Below, one piece after another: positions 32,001 to 41,158 of a DNA stretch of 64,000 nucleotides. A program made the translations under genes and the position numbers. The stretch lies in assembly GCA_937864235.1 (NCBI GenBank), contig CALMJI010000014.1, forward strand, positions 5,769-69,768, written 5' to 3'. Within the stretch, counting starts at the first letter, position 1; each line of letters opens with the position of its first letter. The notes under the pieces were generated by a model. The model was given only the letters and a program-made list of their open reading frames with translations. It had not been told where the DNA came from and did no database searches. The stretch is from an uncultured bacterium. Lineage in GTDB: Bacteria; Patescibacteriota; Minisyncoccia; SW-4-49-11.

Positions 32001-32531
32001 TTTTTGAATGTGGAGGATATGGTAGATAATATTGAGGTTATAATTTTCCCTAGTATATATAGGAGTGTTGGTGATAATTTAATAGCAGGAGCTGGTTTTG
32101 CTATTAAAGGCAAGCGACAAGACAAAGATGGAGTGACTCAATTCATAGCCTCAGAGGTCAAGGAACTCAAAGACGAAGATATTATAAAATGGACAAATAC
32201 CAAAACTTCACCTAGTCTCAATAATTCAGTAGAGGAAATCGGATTAGATATACCCGAGAATCCAGACACAGACTATAGCCCACAAGTTCCAACCACACAA
32301 GATGGAGTAGAAATAGTCGGAATCAATATAATAATCCCCCCTCACACTACTCCTGAAGCTTTAATTAAAGTCAAAGAAATACTAACCCGTGAAGCCCGTG
32401 GTAAATGCCCCGTCTACCTAATCGCCAATTATAATACTCCCAAAATGCAAGTCAAAGCGACCAACTTCTCTGTCCACTATTCCGATGAATTAGTGGCTAG
32501 AATCAAATATATTCTCAGTAATCCAGAATAA
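29007..32531 (+). CDS. dnaE: DNA polymerase III alpha subunit
   Basis: GPGRGSAAGS, MPDIDIDF, KMDFLGL, YGFNKSH. Confidence 0.98.
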   Translation: MQEFVHLNTRSHYSILEAIGSIGDIITKTQELGFEAIALTDNNNMFGAIEFYEKASKANIKPILGVNLSVAGIDGGTSKPYFITLLAKSYQGYTNLIELVSLVRLNSNQPISIENLTKYSKDLICLSGNYQSELNYYLLHNSKEAQNWVDIYSQIFTDNLYLELLPLTNTPEQIKANKNLIKLSKKSNLPLVLTAQSMYLNSNQRTAHDIMLAIKNKTNIQNPDRITVAHEDYSLKSTEEMYNLAQQLNIPEEALTNTKVIAEKCNVEIPLYQIQLPKFEVPPLESGEILDNESYLRFLCEEGISKRYKDQDQTQIRERLEYEFGVIKNAGYIDYFLIVSDFITWAKNNGVLVGPGRGSAAGSLVAYLLAITDIDPLAYQLLFERFLNPARVSMPDIDIDFQDNKRELVLNYVAQKYGQDHVAQICTFGTMAAKAAIRDTGRALGYSYGLCDSIAKLIDQKTIAKSLANSRELRSRYEQEEKVTTLIDTAQQLEGSIRHTSTHACAVVISPQKLTNYTPLQVSESGGKTSITTQYEMHAIEDLGLLKMDFLGLSNLSTIESTLNLIESQTGTKIDIDNLETDDKLTYKLFQKGQTTGVFQFESQGMKKALIGLKPSEFDDLIAMVSLYRPGPMELIPTYIARKHKKEKVEYLHPNLEAILKPTYGIMIYQEQLMQASQAVAGFSLPEADTLRKAVGKKIKELMEEQKINIIEGTVKQGIPKEIGEKLWELIEPFGDYGFNKSHAACYAMIAYQTAYLKAHYPLQFMVALLNSDAKDMARIAIDITEARQLGLEIKPPSINISQANFTGSNKTIFYGLGSIKNMSSNLAEYIEQERKENGQFKSLEDFLTRIPAKELNKKNLEALVKAGALDEFEPRYILIHNLDNILAFIKTLANQNTANIPQNSLFGATVSIKPSLELENIEASPTENLNQILELENIYLGLWISTHPIDEYKDILEELKLPNIKEIKEAKRKSNLILTGVIKDMKTISTKSGAKMAFLNVEDMVDNIEVIIFPSIYRSVGDNLIAGAGFAIKGKRQDKDGVTQFIASEVKELKDEDIIKWTNTKTSPSLNNSVEEIGLDIPENPDTDYSPQVPTTQDGVEIVGINIIIPPHTTPEALIKVKEILTREARGKCPVYLIANYNTPKMQVKATNFSVHYSDELVARIKYILSNPE

Positions 32532-33308
32532 TTACTCCTCCAGTTGAGCTTTGCCAGCTTGGAGGTCTCTATAATATTGTGAGACTGTCATCAAATCATC
32601 TTTAGTATAAAATTTTAGTTCTGGGTAAGTTGAGATAAGGGAAGTATCTAGTATCCCTACAGCTTGATCTAGAGTTTTTAGTCTATGAGCTACTACAAAA
32701 GTGACTGATTTTTGGGATAATTCATCTATCATTTGAGTAATTGCCAGCTCACTAATTTCATCTAGTGAGGAAGTCGGCTCATCAATCAGGATTAAACTTG
32801 GTTTATAATGTTTAGCCCTGAGGTAAAGTCCTGCAAAGTTCAATCTTTGTCTCTGCCCTCCAGATAAATTCACCCCTCCTTCTCCGATTAGTGTATTAAG
32901 ACCATCTTTTGGCTCAAACAGACTCCAGAGCCCAACTTTTTTTAAGATATCAATCAGGTTTTTATCACTACATAATTTCTCATCACTAATAATCCCGAAT
33001 ACCAAATTCTCTCGCAAAGTCCCACGAAGGGCGGTAGCTGTCTGCATTTGAACTGAAATTATATCTCTTCTAGTTTTATCTCCAACTTTATAAATATTCA
33101 CTTTATCAATCAAAACCGTACCTGTTTTAGGATTTAATTGCCCCCCCAAGATAGATAAAAGAGTTGTCTTACCTGTACCAGATGGACCAATAATACCATA
33201 GAGTTTATTAGCCTGATTTTTGGGAATTTCTAAGTTTAGGAAGTTATTATTGAATACTTCTATACTGTCATAAGAGTGATTGAGGTTTTGGATTTGAATA
33301 GAATACAT
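32532..33308 (-). CDS. ABC ATP-binding protein (stand-alone NBD)
   Basis: GPSGTGKT, LSGGQRQR, IDEPTS, VAHRL. Confidence 0.9.
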   Translation of the reverse strand: MYSIQIQNLNHSYDSIEVFNNNFLNLEIPKNQANKLYGIIGPSGTGKTTLLSILGGQLNPKTGTVLIDKVNIYKVGDKTRRDIISVQMQTATALRGTLRENLVFGIISDEKLCSDKNLIDILKKVGLWSLFEPKDGLNTLIGEGGVNLSGGQRQRLNFAGLYLRAKHYKPSLILIDEPTSSLDEISELAITQMIDELSQKSVTFVVAHRLKTLDQAVGILDTSLISTYPELKFYTKDDLMTVSQYYRDLQAGKAQLEE

Positions 33309-33317
33309 ATTTTTAAG

Positions 33318-34337
33318 CTAAACTGGATAACTAGAGTCTCCGTACTCTCGAATATAGGTGTATAGGTTTTTGATTTTTTCTATATTAGAAACTAATCTTT
33401 CAACATCTCGACCCGCTAATACAATACTATAAGTTGAGATATACATAGTAATTAGAGCAATAGCTGTAATTAAATCTAAGTCTCCTATTTTAACCAGATT
33501 TACGATAAGTAAAGCTATGCTCATAAAGAAAATCCCATATAAAATTCTTGGGATAAAAGCTGTTGAAATAAAACTCATCCAAACCGTAGCTTGTACTTCT
33601 CCAGTTCTAATATTAGTCTTTCGGATTTTCTTGATATGTTCTGGAGTAGCGAAGCTAGACCTGATTAAAGCTACTTGTTGCAAACTTTCTACCTCTACTT
33701 GCTGTTGTATATCACCTTGATCATTGTCTTTATTAATCACATTTTTAGCTATAAAAATCTGGCTTATTGTAGATATAGTTAACATTATTATTAAGCTAAC
33801 AGCAGCTATCATACCTATTGTAAAGTCATAGTATACAAATGAGACTAGAATTACAATAATTTGAATTATAAATTGCAATATATTAAATGTTATTATATCT
33901 GTAGTGTTTTCATAAGCCCCTACAGCTCTATTAATTTTGGAAATAACCTTACCCGACTCTCTAGTGCTATGGTGAACTGGGTCAACTTTGACAAAAAATT
34001 TATAGGCTGAATTGGAGACACTACCCATAATACCAACCTCTGCCAAAACATAGTTTCTCATATGAGTTTGCACTATTATAGATAACATCATAAAAACAAT
34101 TCCCAAAGATACGACTAAAGTTATATTTTGGGTTTTAATCGCATAGTTTATAATCAAAGGTAGGGTAGTAAAAAACACCCAAACTATAATCTCTGCTATC
34201 AAAGACACTACCAATCTCAACCAATATCTCTTATAAATACTATACCAAGGCAAATTAAAATCTACTGGATGGATTTCGATATTCCCCACCATTCCAAATA
34301 ATTTCTCTAGAAAGTTATAGACTTTCAAATCTTGCAT
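33318..34337 (-). CDS. ABC exporter-type transmembrane domain
   Basis: About 6 TM, exporter-type HSTRESGKVISKI loop; partner of the adjacent NBD. Confidence 0.8.
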   Translation of the reverse strand: MQDLKVYNFLEKLFGMVGNIEIHPVDFNLPWYSIYKRYWLRLVVSLIAEIIVWVFFTTLPLIINYAIKTQNITLVVSLGIVFMMLSIIVQTHMRNYVLAEVGIMGSVSNSAYKFFVKVDPVHHSTRESGKVISKINRAVGAYENTTDIITFNILQFIIQIIVILVSFVYYDFTIGMIAAVSLIIMLTISTISQIFIAKNVINKDNDQGDIQQQVEVESLQQVALIRSSFATPEHIKKIRKTNIRTGEVQATVWMSFISTAFIPRILYGIFFMSIALLIVNLVKIGDLDLITAIALITMYISTYSIVLAGRDVERLVSNIEKIKNLYTYIREYGDSSYPV

Positions 34338-34497
34338 AGCTTAAAATATATTATATATAAGCTCATTATAGACTATATTTAGATTTTTGTAAAATTTTAT
34401 TTGCAAAAAATTTAATTTTAATTTATAATACGATATAGTCTTAAATTAGACCTTATTTGTTATAGTTAACTATAAACCCTGTTTTATTTTTTATTTT

Positions 34498-35520
34498 ATG
34501 TCAAGAAATGCTTATCTAAGTTCAGTCATTAATCTAACGTCTAAAATTTTATCCAATAAGGACAAGGTTGCCTCTCATACCTCTTGTGATTCTTATCGTA
34601 GTGTAGAGTGGGCAAAATATGCTCAAACTTATCATAATCTGTTATATAGCAACCCTGTATCTGAAGTTTTAGGGGTAAAAGAGTTTTTGCATCTTGATGG
34701 TACAAAATATAGGTCAGAGTATAAATATAACTTAAATCTAGATAAAATTCTCAAAGACAGCCTTGTAAAAAGACCAAAAATGATTTGGCTACCTTGTATT
34801 GATGAGAGAATACAATATTTGACCGCTTCTCATCATGCTTTATCCCTTGGAATTCCTGGTTGTGAATGCTTGATGTCAGCAGAGGAAAAATTACAAATGG
34901 CAGATAATATAATCGCTGTGTGTGAAGATAATCCAACTATTGAGGAAATTGTAGTCTCATCTCACTCTAAATGCGGAGCTGTAGCTCATACTCTAGCTAA
35001 TAAAAGTTCTAAGCCAGTTTTGAATAAAATTTTAGATAAATTTCAAAATCAAGATAAAGTCCTAGATTCAGCCAGTGAGCGATATGCTTCTGGCTTTGCT
35101 AGTATTCTAGCCACTAGATTACAAGAGCAAAATTCTGCAGTCTCTGTGAGAACCCATCACTTCCATTTTCAAGAATTACATTCCAAGCATTTACATCATG
35201 CCTTTGGAGTAATTGTAAACTTTAACCCCCTACTCAATGGAGCTGAATTAGAAGAAAATTTGGAAGTTCCAATGTTTAATATTTATGCCGGTGGGCAAAC
35301 TGCCAACCAAATTATGCAAAATATTGAATTAGCAATAGATATAGCTTCTAGCTCTGAAGGATTTAGCTGTGAATATATTAATCAAGACAATCCATTTATA
35401 TTATTATTCACTATACCAAAAGAGAATAGCTCTATTATGTCCAAAATCCAAGCTGTAATAGACCAAATTCAAGATAAACATTATCCTTTGGAATTAGTTT
35501 ACACTGTTTTAGAGGGGTAA
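34498..35520 (+). CDS. Hypothetical protein with beta-carbonic-anhydrase-like zinc motifs
   Basis: CIDER and HSKCGAV (CxDxR / HxxC). Confidence 0.5.
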   Translation: MSRNAYLSSVINLTSKILSNKDKVASHTSCDSYRSVEWAKYAQTYHNLLYSNPVSEVLGVKEFLHLDGTKYRSEYKYNLNLDKILKDSLVKRPKMIWLPCIDERIQYLTASHHALSLGIPGCECLMSAEEKLQMADNIIAVCEDNPTIEEIVVSSHSKCGAVAHTLANKSSKPVLNKILDKFQNQDKVLDSASERYASGFASILATRLQEQNSAVSVRTHHFHFQELHSKHLHHAFGVIVNFNPLLNGAELEENLEVPMFNIYAGGQTANQIMQNIELAIDIASSSEGFSCEYINQDNPFILLFTIPKENSSIMSKIQAVIDQIQDKHYPLELVYTVLEG

Positions 35521-35522
35521 GT

Positions 35523-35797
35523 TTCCGTAGGTGCGACCTTCTTAGTCGCCCGTAAATCCACCCCGTCTCTATACTATAAAAATATAGTATAGATCACCCC
35601 TCAAGAGGGGAATTTAGCTCAGTCCACACCCGGCACTCCGTGCCACCCTCGCCGGCGAGGGACAAAATTACTGTCCTCCCTTGCCTGCCTGCGGTAGGCA
35701 GGGGGGAGCTTTCAGTCCCTCCTATATTTATATAGGAGGGGGTGGCCATCAGGCAGGAGGAGGACAAGTGGACGACTGAAAGGTCGCCCCTACGAAA
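35523..35797. repeat. Composite palindromic repeat (REPIN-like pair enclosing several modules)
   Basis: cgtaggtgcgacc..gtcgccc ... ggacgactgaaaggtcgcccctacg, with tccacccc..gaggggaatt, ccctcgccggcgaggg, cctgcctgcggtaggcagg and cccctcctata..tataggagggg inside. Confidence 0.88.
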
Positions 35798-35876
35798 GAA
35801 ATTATCCCGTCATACAACTTTTTATAATTTCTCCATTTATATGCTATAATAGGATTAGTTATAAATTGATAAAAAT

Positions 35877-37064
35877 ATGCAAAAGTCTAAACTAAAACCC
35901 AAAAAGCTAATTATTTTCTCAGTTTTTGGGGTGATTATAGTTGTTATTGTAGTTTTCCTTATTAATTACACTGCTATTCTACAGTCTCCTCAAATTGAAA
36001 CTGGGGCTAAGTTGGAAGTAGATAGTAATAGTATTTCTAAAAGTGTCGATTATAAATATACTGCTGTAGCTTCTAATCTTTATGTTCCTTGGAGTATTGT
36101 ATTCCCGACTGAGAATAGTATGTATATTGCTCAGAGATCGGGGGAGATATTATATTATAAAAACTCTCAACCTCAAGCTAATTTTTATAAATTTTCTGAG
36201 ATTAGTGCAACCAATGAAGAGGGGCTGATGGGTATGGTACTGGATCCTGATTATCCCAATTCACCGTATATCTATACTTCTCTAGCCTATGAGGAGAATA
36301 ATCAGATGTTTGTAAAGGTAGTGAGATTGACTGATGTTAATAATCAGACTACAGAGACTAAAATATTATTAGATAAAATTCCAGCAGCTAAATTTCACGC
36401 GGGATCTAGACTTAGATTTGGACCAGACCAAAAATTATATATAACTACCGGAGATGCTACCAAAAAAGAAATTGCTCAAGACCTAAATTCACTAGGTGGC
36501 AAAATTCTAAGAATGAATAAAGATGGTAGTATTCCAGAAGATAATCCTTTTGATAATTCTTATGTATATTCTTATGGGCATCGAAATCCTCAAGGGATAG
36601 ATTTTGACCCAGTTTCTGGAGTTTTATTCTCTACTGAGCATGGCCCCTCATTATTCGATGGAGCAGCTGGAGGAGATGAGGTTAATCGTATTCTCGCTGG
36701 TAAAGAATACGGTTGGCCAAAAGTATCTCATACAGAATCTACACCTGAGGCTATTGATCCCCTTCTAGTATTCACCCCTGCGGTAGCCCCAGCCTCTGGA
36801 GTATTCTATACTGGAGATAAATATCCAAGTCTCAAAAATGCTTTTTTATTCGGAGGACTGAGAGGAGAGGGAATATTTGCAATTTATTTAGATGAATCCA
36901 GACAAAAAGTAAAGTCTTATGAGAAATTAAATATAGCTGAAGGTAGAATCCGAGAAATAGCCGTCTCACCTGATGGATATATTTATTTTAGCACTTCTAA
37001 TCGAGATGGTAGGGGAAATACTAATGATAAAAGTGATCAGATTTTTAGGTTAGAGCCTAAATAA
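35877..37064 (+). CDS. PQQ-dependent sugar dehydrogenase (GSDH/YliI-like)
   Basis: EEGLMG, HAGSRLRFGPD, YGHRNPQG, EHGP, YGWP, GRIR. Confidence 0.92.
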   Translation: MQKSKLKPKKLIIFSVFGVIIVVIVVFLINYTAILQSPQIETGAKLEVDSNSISKSVDYKYTAVASNLYVPWSIVFPTENSMYIAQRSGEILYYKNSQPQANFYKFSEISATNEEGLMGMVLDPDYPNSPYIYTSLAYEENNQMFVKVVRLTDVNNQTTETKILLDKIPAAKFHAGSRLRFGPDQKLYITTGDATKKEIAQDLNSLGGKILRMNKDGSIPEDNPFDNSYVYSYGHRNPQGIDFDPVSGVLFSTEHGPSLFDGAAGGDEVNRILAGKEYGWPKVSHTESTPEAIDPLLVFTPAVAPASGVFYTGDKYPSLKNAFLFGGLRGEGIFAIYLDESRQKVKSYEKLNIAEGRIREIAVSPDGYIYFSTSNRDGRGNTNDKSDQIFRLEPK

Positions 37065-37112
37065 AAACACGAGCCAGAATTTGACTCGTGGTGATAGGTG
37101 AAAGATGTAATT

Positions 37113-37367
37113 TTAATCATCTTTATATTCTCTACTATTTAAAAACTCTATATTTTTAATATTTTTTCCTACAATGCTATAAGGTAGTCCTTCTATAGAA
37201 TTAATATCTATACACTCATATAGTTCTGCAGGGTTAATTTCATCTGTGTAGCAGTCAAACCTTACATTAATATTTTGACCTTTATGAAAAATAATTCCTT
37301 GAAATATTTTAACAACTTTTTGAGAATTCTTTTGAATAGAAACTGTCATGATGCTAGTAAAAAACAC
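37113..37367 (-). CDS. Small hypothetical protein
   Basis: Open frame followed by a hairpin at 37066-37092; start uncertain. Confidence 0.4.
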   Translation of the reverse strand: MFFTSIMTVSIQKNSQKVVKIFQGIIFHKGQNINVRFDCYTDEINPAELYECIDINSIEGLPYSIVGKNIKNIEFLNSREYKDD

Positions 37368-37448
37368 CTAAACTAAAATACACTAATTCACAAAATTTGT
37401 AAAGTATTGCATACTTTGTTAAAATATAAATAATTAAAATTATATACT

Positions 37449-37724
37449 ATGAATAAATTAAATTCTAATGAAATACTAGCCCAAATCAGCTCTAATTGGA
37501 AGTTATCCGAGAATAATGATCTTATATCTCGAAGTTTTGAACTTAATAACTTCGCTGAAGCTCTGGAGCTCGTCAATAAAATTGGAGAATTAGCAGACTC
37601 CGAGCAGCATCATCCAGACATTAACTTAGGTTGGGGTTATGTGGAAGTTTATCTTAGCACCCATGATATAGGAGGAATATCAGATAAAGACATTACTCTA
37701 GCTCAAGCTATAGATAAGATTTAA
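37449..37724 (+). CDS. phhB: Pterin-4a-carbinolamine dehydratase
   Basis: QHHPDI, STHDIGG.SDKD. Confidence 0.92.
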   Translation: MNKLNSNEILAQISSNWKLSENNDLISRSFELNNFAEALELVNKIGELADSEQHHPDINLGWGYVEVYLSTHDIGGISDKDITLAQAIDKI

Positions 37725-37739
37725 TATTAATATTTTTAT

Positions 37740-38033
37740 CTAAATTACATCAACTAAAAACGTAATAAATAATACTATACTTAATAATAAAAATATTATA
37801 GAAGATATAATCATAATATAATAAGAATAGCCTAAATTAGAAAGTATACTATTTAAAATTATTAAATATATTATAGATAGTATATATATTGATAAATATT
37901 TGAATAATAATTTGAAAACATTTTTTTTAGGTTTAATAAAGTCATTTAATATCTTATCTTTATAAAAATCCTTAACTTCTTGTAAGTTATTGTTGTTTAA
38001 ATTCTGATCTTGATTTAGATTTATTTTATTCAT
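37740..38033 (-). CDS. Very AT-rich small membrane protein (doubtful)
   Basis: Two hydrophobic segments, low complexity. Confidence 0.35.
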   Translation of the reverse strand: MNKINLNQDQNLNNNNLQEVKDFYKDKILNDFIKPKKNVFKLLFKYLSIYILSIIYLIILNSILSNLGYSYYIMIISSIIFLLLSIVLFITFLVDVI

Positions 38034-38337
38034 ATAGTATATAATATAGTTATATAAAAATATTATATACTATATTTATAATAGTGTAAAATTGTGAGAA
38101 TATTTTATTTATTTTTGCTATTAATTTTTGTCAAAAGTAAACAAAAGTTTTATATATACTTATTTTACTAAGTGTGAATTATTTCAGAGCATATATTTAT
38201 GCTATATTTTACTTAAGATTAAAATTTTATCAGTATTAGATTAAAGCAATACTGTCAAGTTATACACATTTAGACTTATTTAGTACTTTTATAATACCTA
38301 TAAAAACTTATGTTTAAGCCATATTTTGGTATTTTTC

Positions 38338-38366
38338 TTGACAAGTTTTAGCATATAGTATATAAT
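38338..38366 (+). promoter_or_regulatory. Consensus sigma70 promoter
   Basis: TTGACA-17 bp-TATAAT. Confidence 0.75.
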
Positions 38367-38449
38367 ATTTTTGAATCTAAAATCATTAGACAAGGTTGAT
38401 TTTGAGTCAAGACTTATGTCTGTTTGTTCCGTTTTGAAGTTCGAATTCC

Positions 38450-39580
38450 TTGTATTTAGTTAAGAATCCTATTAGTACCGTTGTTTTTAAATTATCCAAA
38501 AACCAGGTGACACGATTCATAAAAAGTGCTACTAAGCACACACAAGATAAAATTAGTTGGTTTATTCTTACCATTGTGGTAGGTCTAGTTGTGTTCAGTA
38601 ATATAGCTTATGCTGGAAGACTTCCAATTAGTTCAACTCTTCTAAATAATAGTAATTTAGGAGGTCCATTAGATGCTTCTCTAGCTTCTGCTGGGGTATT
38701 GCAAGCTAATGGAATATTAGGTCTTCCAAGTGATGAAGAATTAAATTCTAATATCAATACCACAGACTCCAATATTATAAATGGTATTAATGCCCTTGAA
38801 GGGTATATTGAATATTCCTCAAACCCAATAATTAGAGAATATATTGTACAAGAAGGAGATACTCTAGAAAGTATTGCTCAGAAGTTTAGTATTTCGGTAG
38901 AGACTATAGCTATTGCTAATAATATCAAAGATTTGAAGCAAAATCCTGCAGCTAACTCTACACTTTCTATTTTACCTAAAAATGGAGTTCAAACTAATAT
39001 TACTGAGGATCAATCTCTTGCTCAAATTGCTTCTAAATATAGTGTTTCTGAGCAAGCTATTAGAGATTATAATAATCTTCAAGCTGATATAGCTGTGGGA
39101 ACCAATATTATTGTACCTGATGCTGTAGTTCCAAATGAAGATAAACCTTTCCCTACAGAACCAGTAGCAAAACCTAAACCTAGACTATTACCTAGAAGAA
39201 ATAATGTTGCTAGAGCTAGTAATTTACCAGCTAATGACGGGTACTTTGCCTTCCCTACTACTGGTAACAATTATGGAAGAATTCACTCTAATAATGGTGT
39301 AGATATTAGTAACTCTTGTGGTACTCCTATTTATGCCTCTGCTGATGGTGTGGTCACAACTTCTCAAAATGGATGGAATGGCGGATATGGAAACTATATT
39401 AAAATAACTCATCCAAATGGAGTTGTTACTTTATATGCTCATCTTAGTTCTCGTGATGTTCAGGTAGGTGCTAATGTTAAAAAGGGTCAATATCTTGGAG
39501 CTATGGGAACTACAGGAAATTCTAGTGGATGTCATTTACATTTTGAAGTAAGAGGAGCTAGAAATCCTCTGGCTAGATAA
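38450..39580 (+). CDS. LysM-LysM-M23 peptidoglycan peptidase
   Basis: YIVQEGDTLESIA LysM; NGVDI, GYGNY, LYAHL, HLHFEV. Confidence 0.93.
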   Translation: MYLVKNPISTVVFKLSKNQVTRFIKSATKHTQDKISWFILTIVVGLVVFSNIAYAGRLPISSTLLNNSNLGGPLDASLASAGVLQANGILGLPSDEELNSNINTTDSNIINGINALEGYIEYSSNPIIREYIVQEGDTLESIAQKFSISVETIAIANNIKDLKQNPAANSTLSILPKNGVQTNITEDQSLAQIASKYSVSEQAIRDYNNLQADIAVGTNIIVPDAVVPNEDKPFPTEPVAKPKPRLLPRRNNVARASNLPANDGYFAFPTTGNNYGRIHSNNGVDISNSCGTPIYASADGVVTTSQNGWNGGYGNYIKITHPNGVVTLYAHLSSRDVQVGANVKKGQYLGAMGTTGNSSGCHLHFEVRGARNPLAR

Positions 39581-39630
39581 TATAAATTTCGTACGTTTAT
39601 AGAAAGAGGTGTCAAAACCTCTTTTTTATT

Positions 39631-41154
39631 TTAAGATGTCTTTTCTCTATATTGTAAAGCTTCGGCAATATGATTGATTGTGATTGAGCTTGAATTAGAT
39701 AAATCAGCTATAGTACGGGAAATTTTTAGTATTCTATTATAGGCTCGGGCGGATAAATTCATCTTATTGACTGCTTGAGATAATAATTGCTGTGATGGTT
39801 TATCCAAAATACAAATTTCTTGGATTTGTTTGATATTCATTGAACTATTGGTTTTGATATTCCAATCTTTAAATCTTTGTCTTTGAACTTCTCTTGCCTT
39901 TTCTACTCTTTTTCGAATTTCCTTTGAGGATTCTTCTAAAACTTCGGATGACTGAATTAGCTCTTCAGTTTTGACTTTTTCTATATTAATAATCATATCT
40001 ATTCTATCTAAAAGTGGGCCTGAGATTTTTTGCTGATATCTTACAATTTGAGCTTGGGAGCAAATACATTCTCTATCATTATCCGTAAGATAACCACAAG
40101 GACAGGGGTTTTGACTAGCAATAAGCATAAAATCTGCTGGGAAAGTGAGCGAACCTTGAGCTCGTGAAATTGTAATAATTCTATCTTCCAAAGGTTGTCT
40201 CAAACTTTCTAAAACTAATCTTGGAAATTCTGGAAATTCATCCATATATAAGACACCTCGGTGAGATAGACTAATTTCTCCCGGTTTTGGAAAACTCCCT
40301 CCACCGATTAAAGAAATTGAAGATGCTGTATGATGTGGTGCTCTAAATGGTCGGCTAGTTATAAGTGGTTGTTCAGAATTTAAATTACCAGCAATACTAT
40401 AAAGCTGAGATACTTCCAAAACCTCTTCTCTATCCATCATTGGTAAAATAGTTGGGATTGTCCTAGATAATAAAGTTTTACCGGCTCCCGGAGGACCTGT
40501 CATCAAAACATTATGTCCACCAGCCGCCGCAATTTCCAAAGCTCTTTTGGCTAATTTTTGACCACGAATATATGCCATATCTATATCACTAATATGAGCG
40601 GTAGGGATATAGTCATATTTGGGAGTGGATTGTATTGTTGTTTGCACTTTTGGGTCAAAATGGTCAATAATTTCTTGAATATGCTTAATAGCCAGAATAT
40701 TAACTCCCTCCACTAGAGAAGCTTCTTTAGCATTATTAGCTGGGATAATTAAATTAGGGATATTATTTTCTTTAGCATAAACCGTAATTGGTAAAATTCC
40801 CTGTACGGCTCTAATAGATCCATCTAAGCCTAATTCTCCTAGTATAATATAATCTTTTTCTGGAAATTGTATTAATTCTAAAGCTTTGAGAATTGCAATA
40901 GCCATTGGCAAATCATAGGCTGTACCAATTTTTTTGACTTCAGCTGGAGCAAGATTCAAAACAAATCTTTTCTGTGGCAAAATAATACCACTATTTTTAA
41001 GTCCTAATCTAATTCTCTCTTTAGCCTCATTGATAGCTGTATCTGGAAGTCCAACAATAGTAATTCCAGGTAAACCCTGAGTCATATCTACCTCAATCTC
41101 TATTTTCTGACCATTCAGACCAAGAGTTGAAGCTGACTGTACTCTGGATAACAT
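39631..41154 (-). CDS. comM: ComM/YifB Mg-chelatase-like helicase
   Basis: IVGLPD, NLAPA, GPPGAGKT, PFRAPHH, DEFPEF, ISGPLLDRID. Confidence 0.95.
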   Translation of the reverse strand: MLSRVQSASTLGLNGQKIEIEVDMTQGLPGITIVGLPDTAINEAKERIRLGLKNSGIILPQKRFVLNLAPAEVKKIGTAYDLPMAIAILKALELIQFPEKDYIILGELGLDGSIRAVQGILPITVYAKENNIPNLIIPANNAKEASLVEGVNILAIKHIQEIIDHFDPKVQTTIQSTPKYDYIPTAHISDIDMAYIRGQKLAKRALEIAAAGGHNVLMTGPPGAGKTLLSRTIPTILPMMDREEVLEVSQLYSIAGNLNSEQPLITSRPFRAPHHTASSISLIGGGSFPKPGEISLSHRGVLYMDEFPEFPRLVLESLRQPLEDRIITISRAQGSLTFPADFMLIASQNPCPCGYLTDNDRECICSQAQIVRYQQKISGPLLDRIDMIINIEKVKTEELIQSSEVLEESSKEIRKRVEKAREVQRQRFKDWNIKTNSSMNIKQIQEICILDKPSQQLLSQAVNKMNLSARAYNRILKISRTIADLSNSSSITINHIAEALQYREKTS

Positions 41155-41158
41155 ATTT

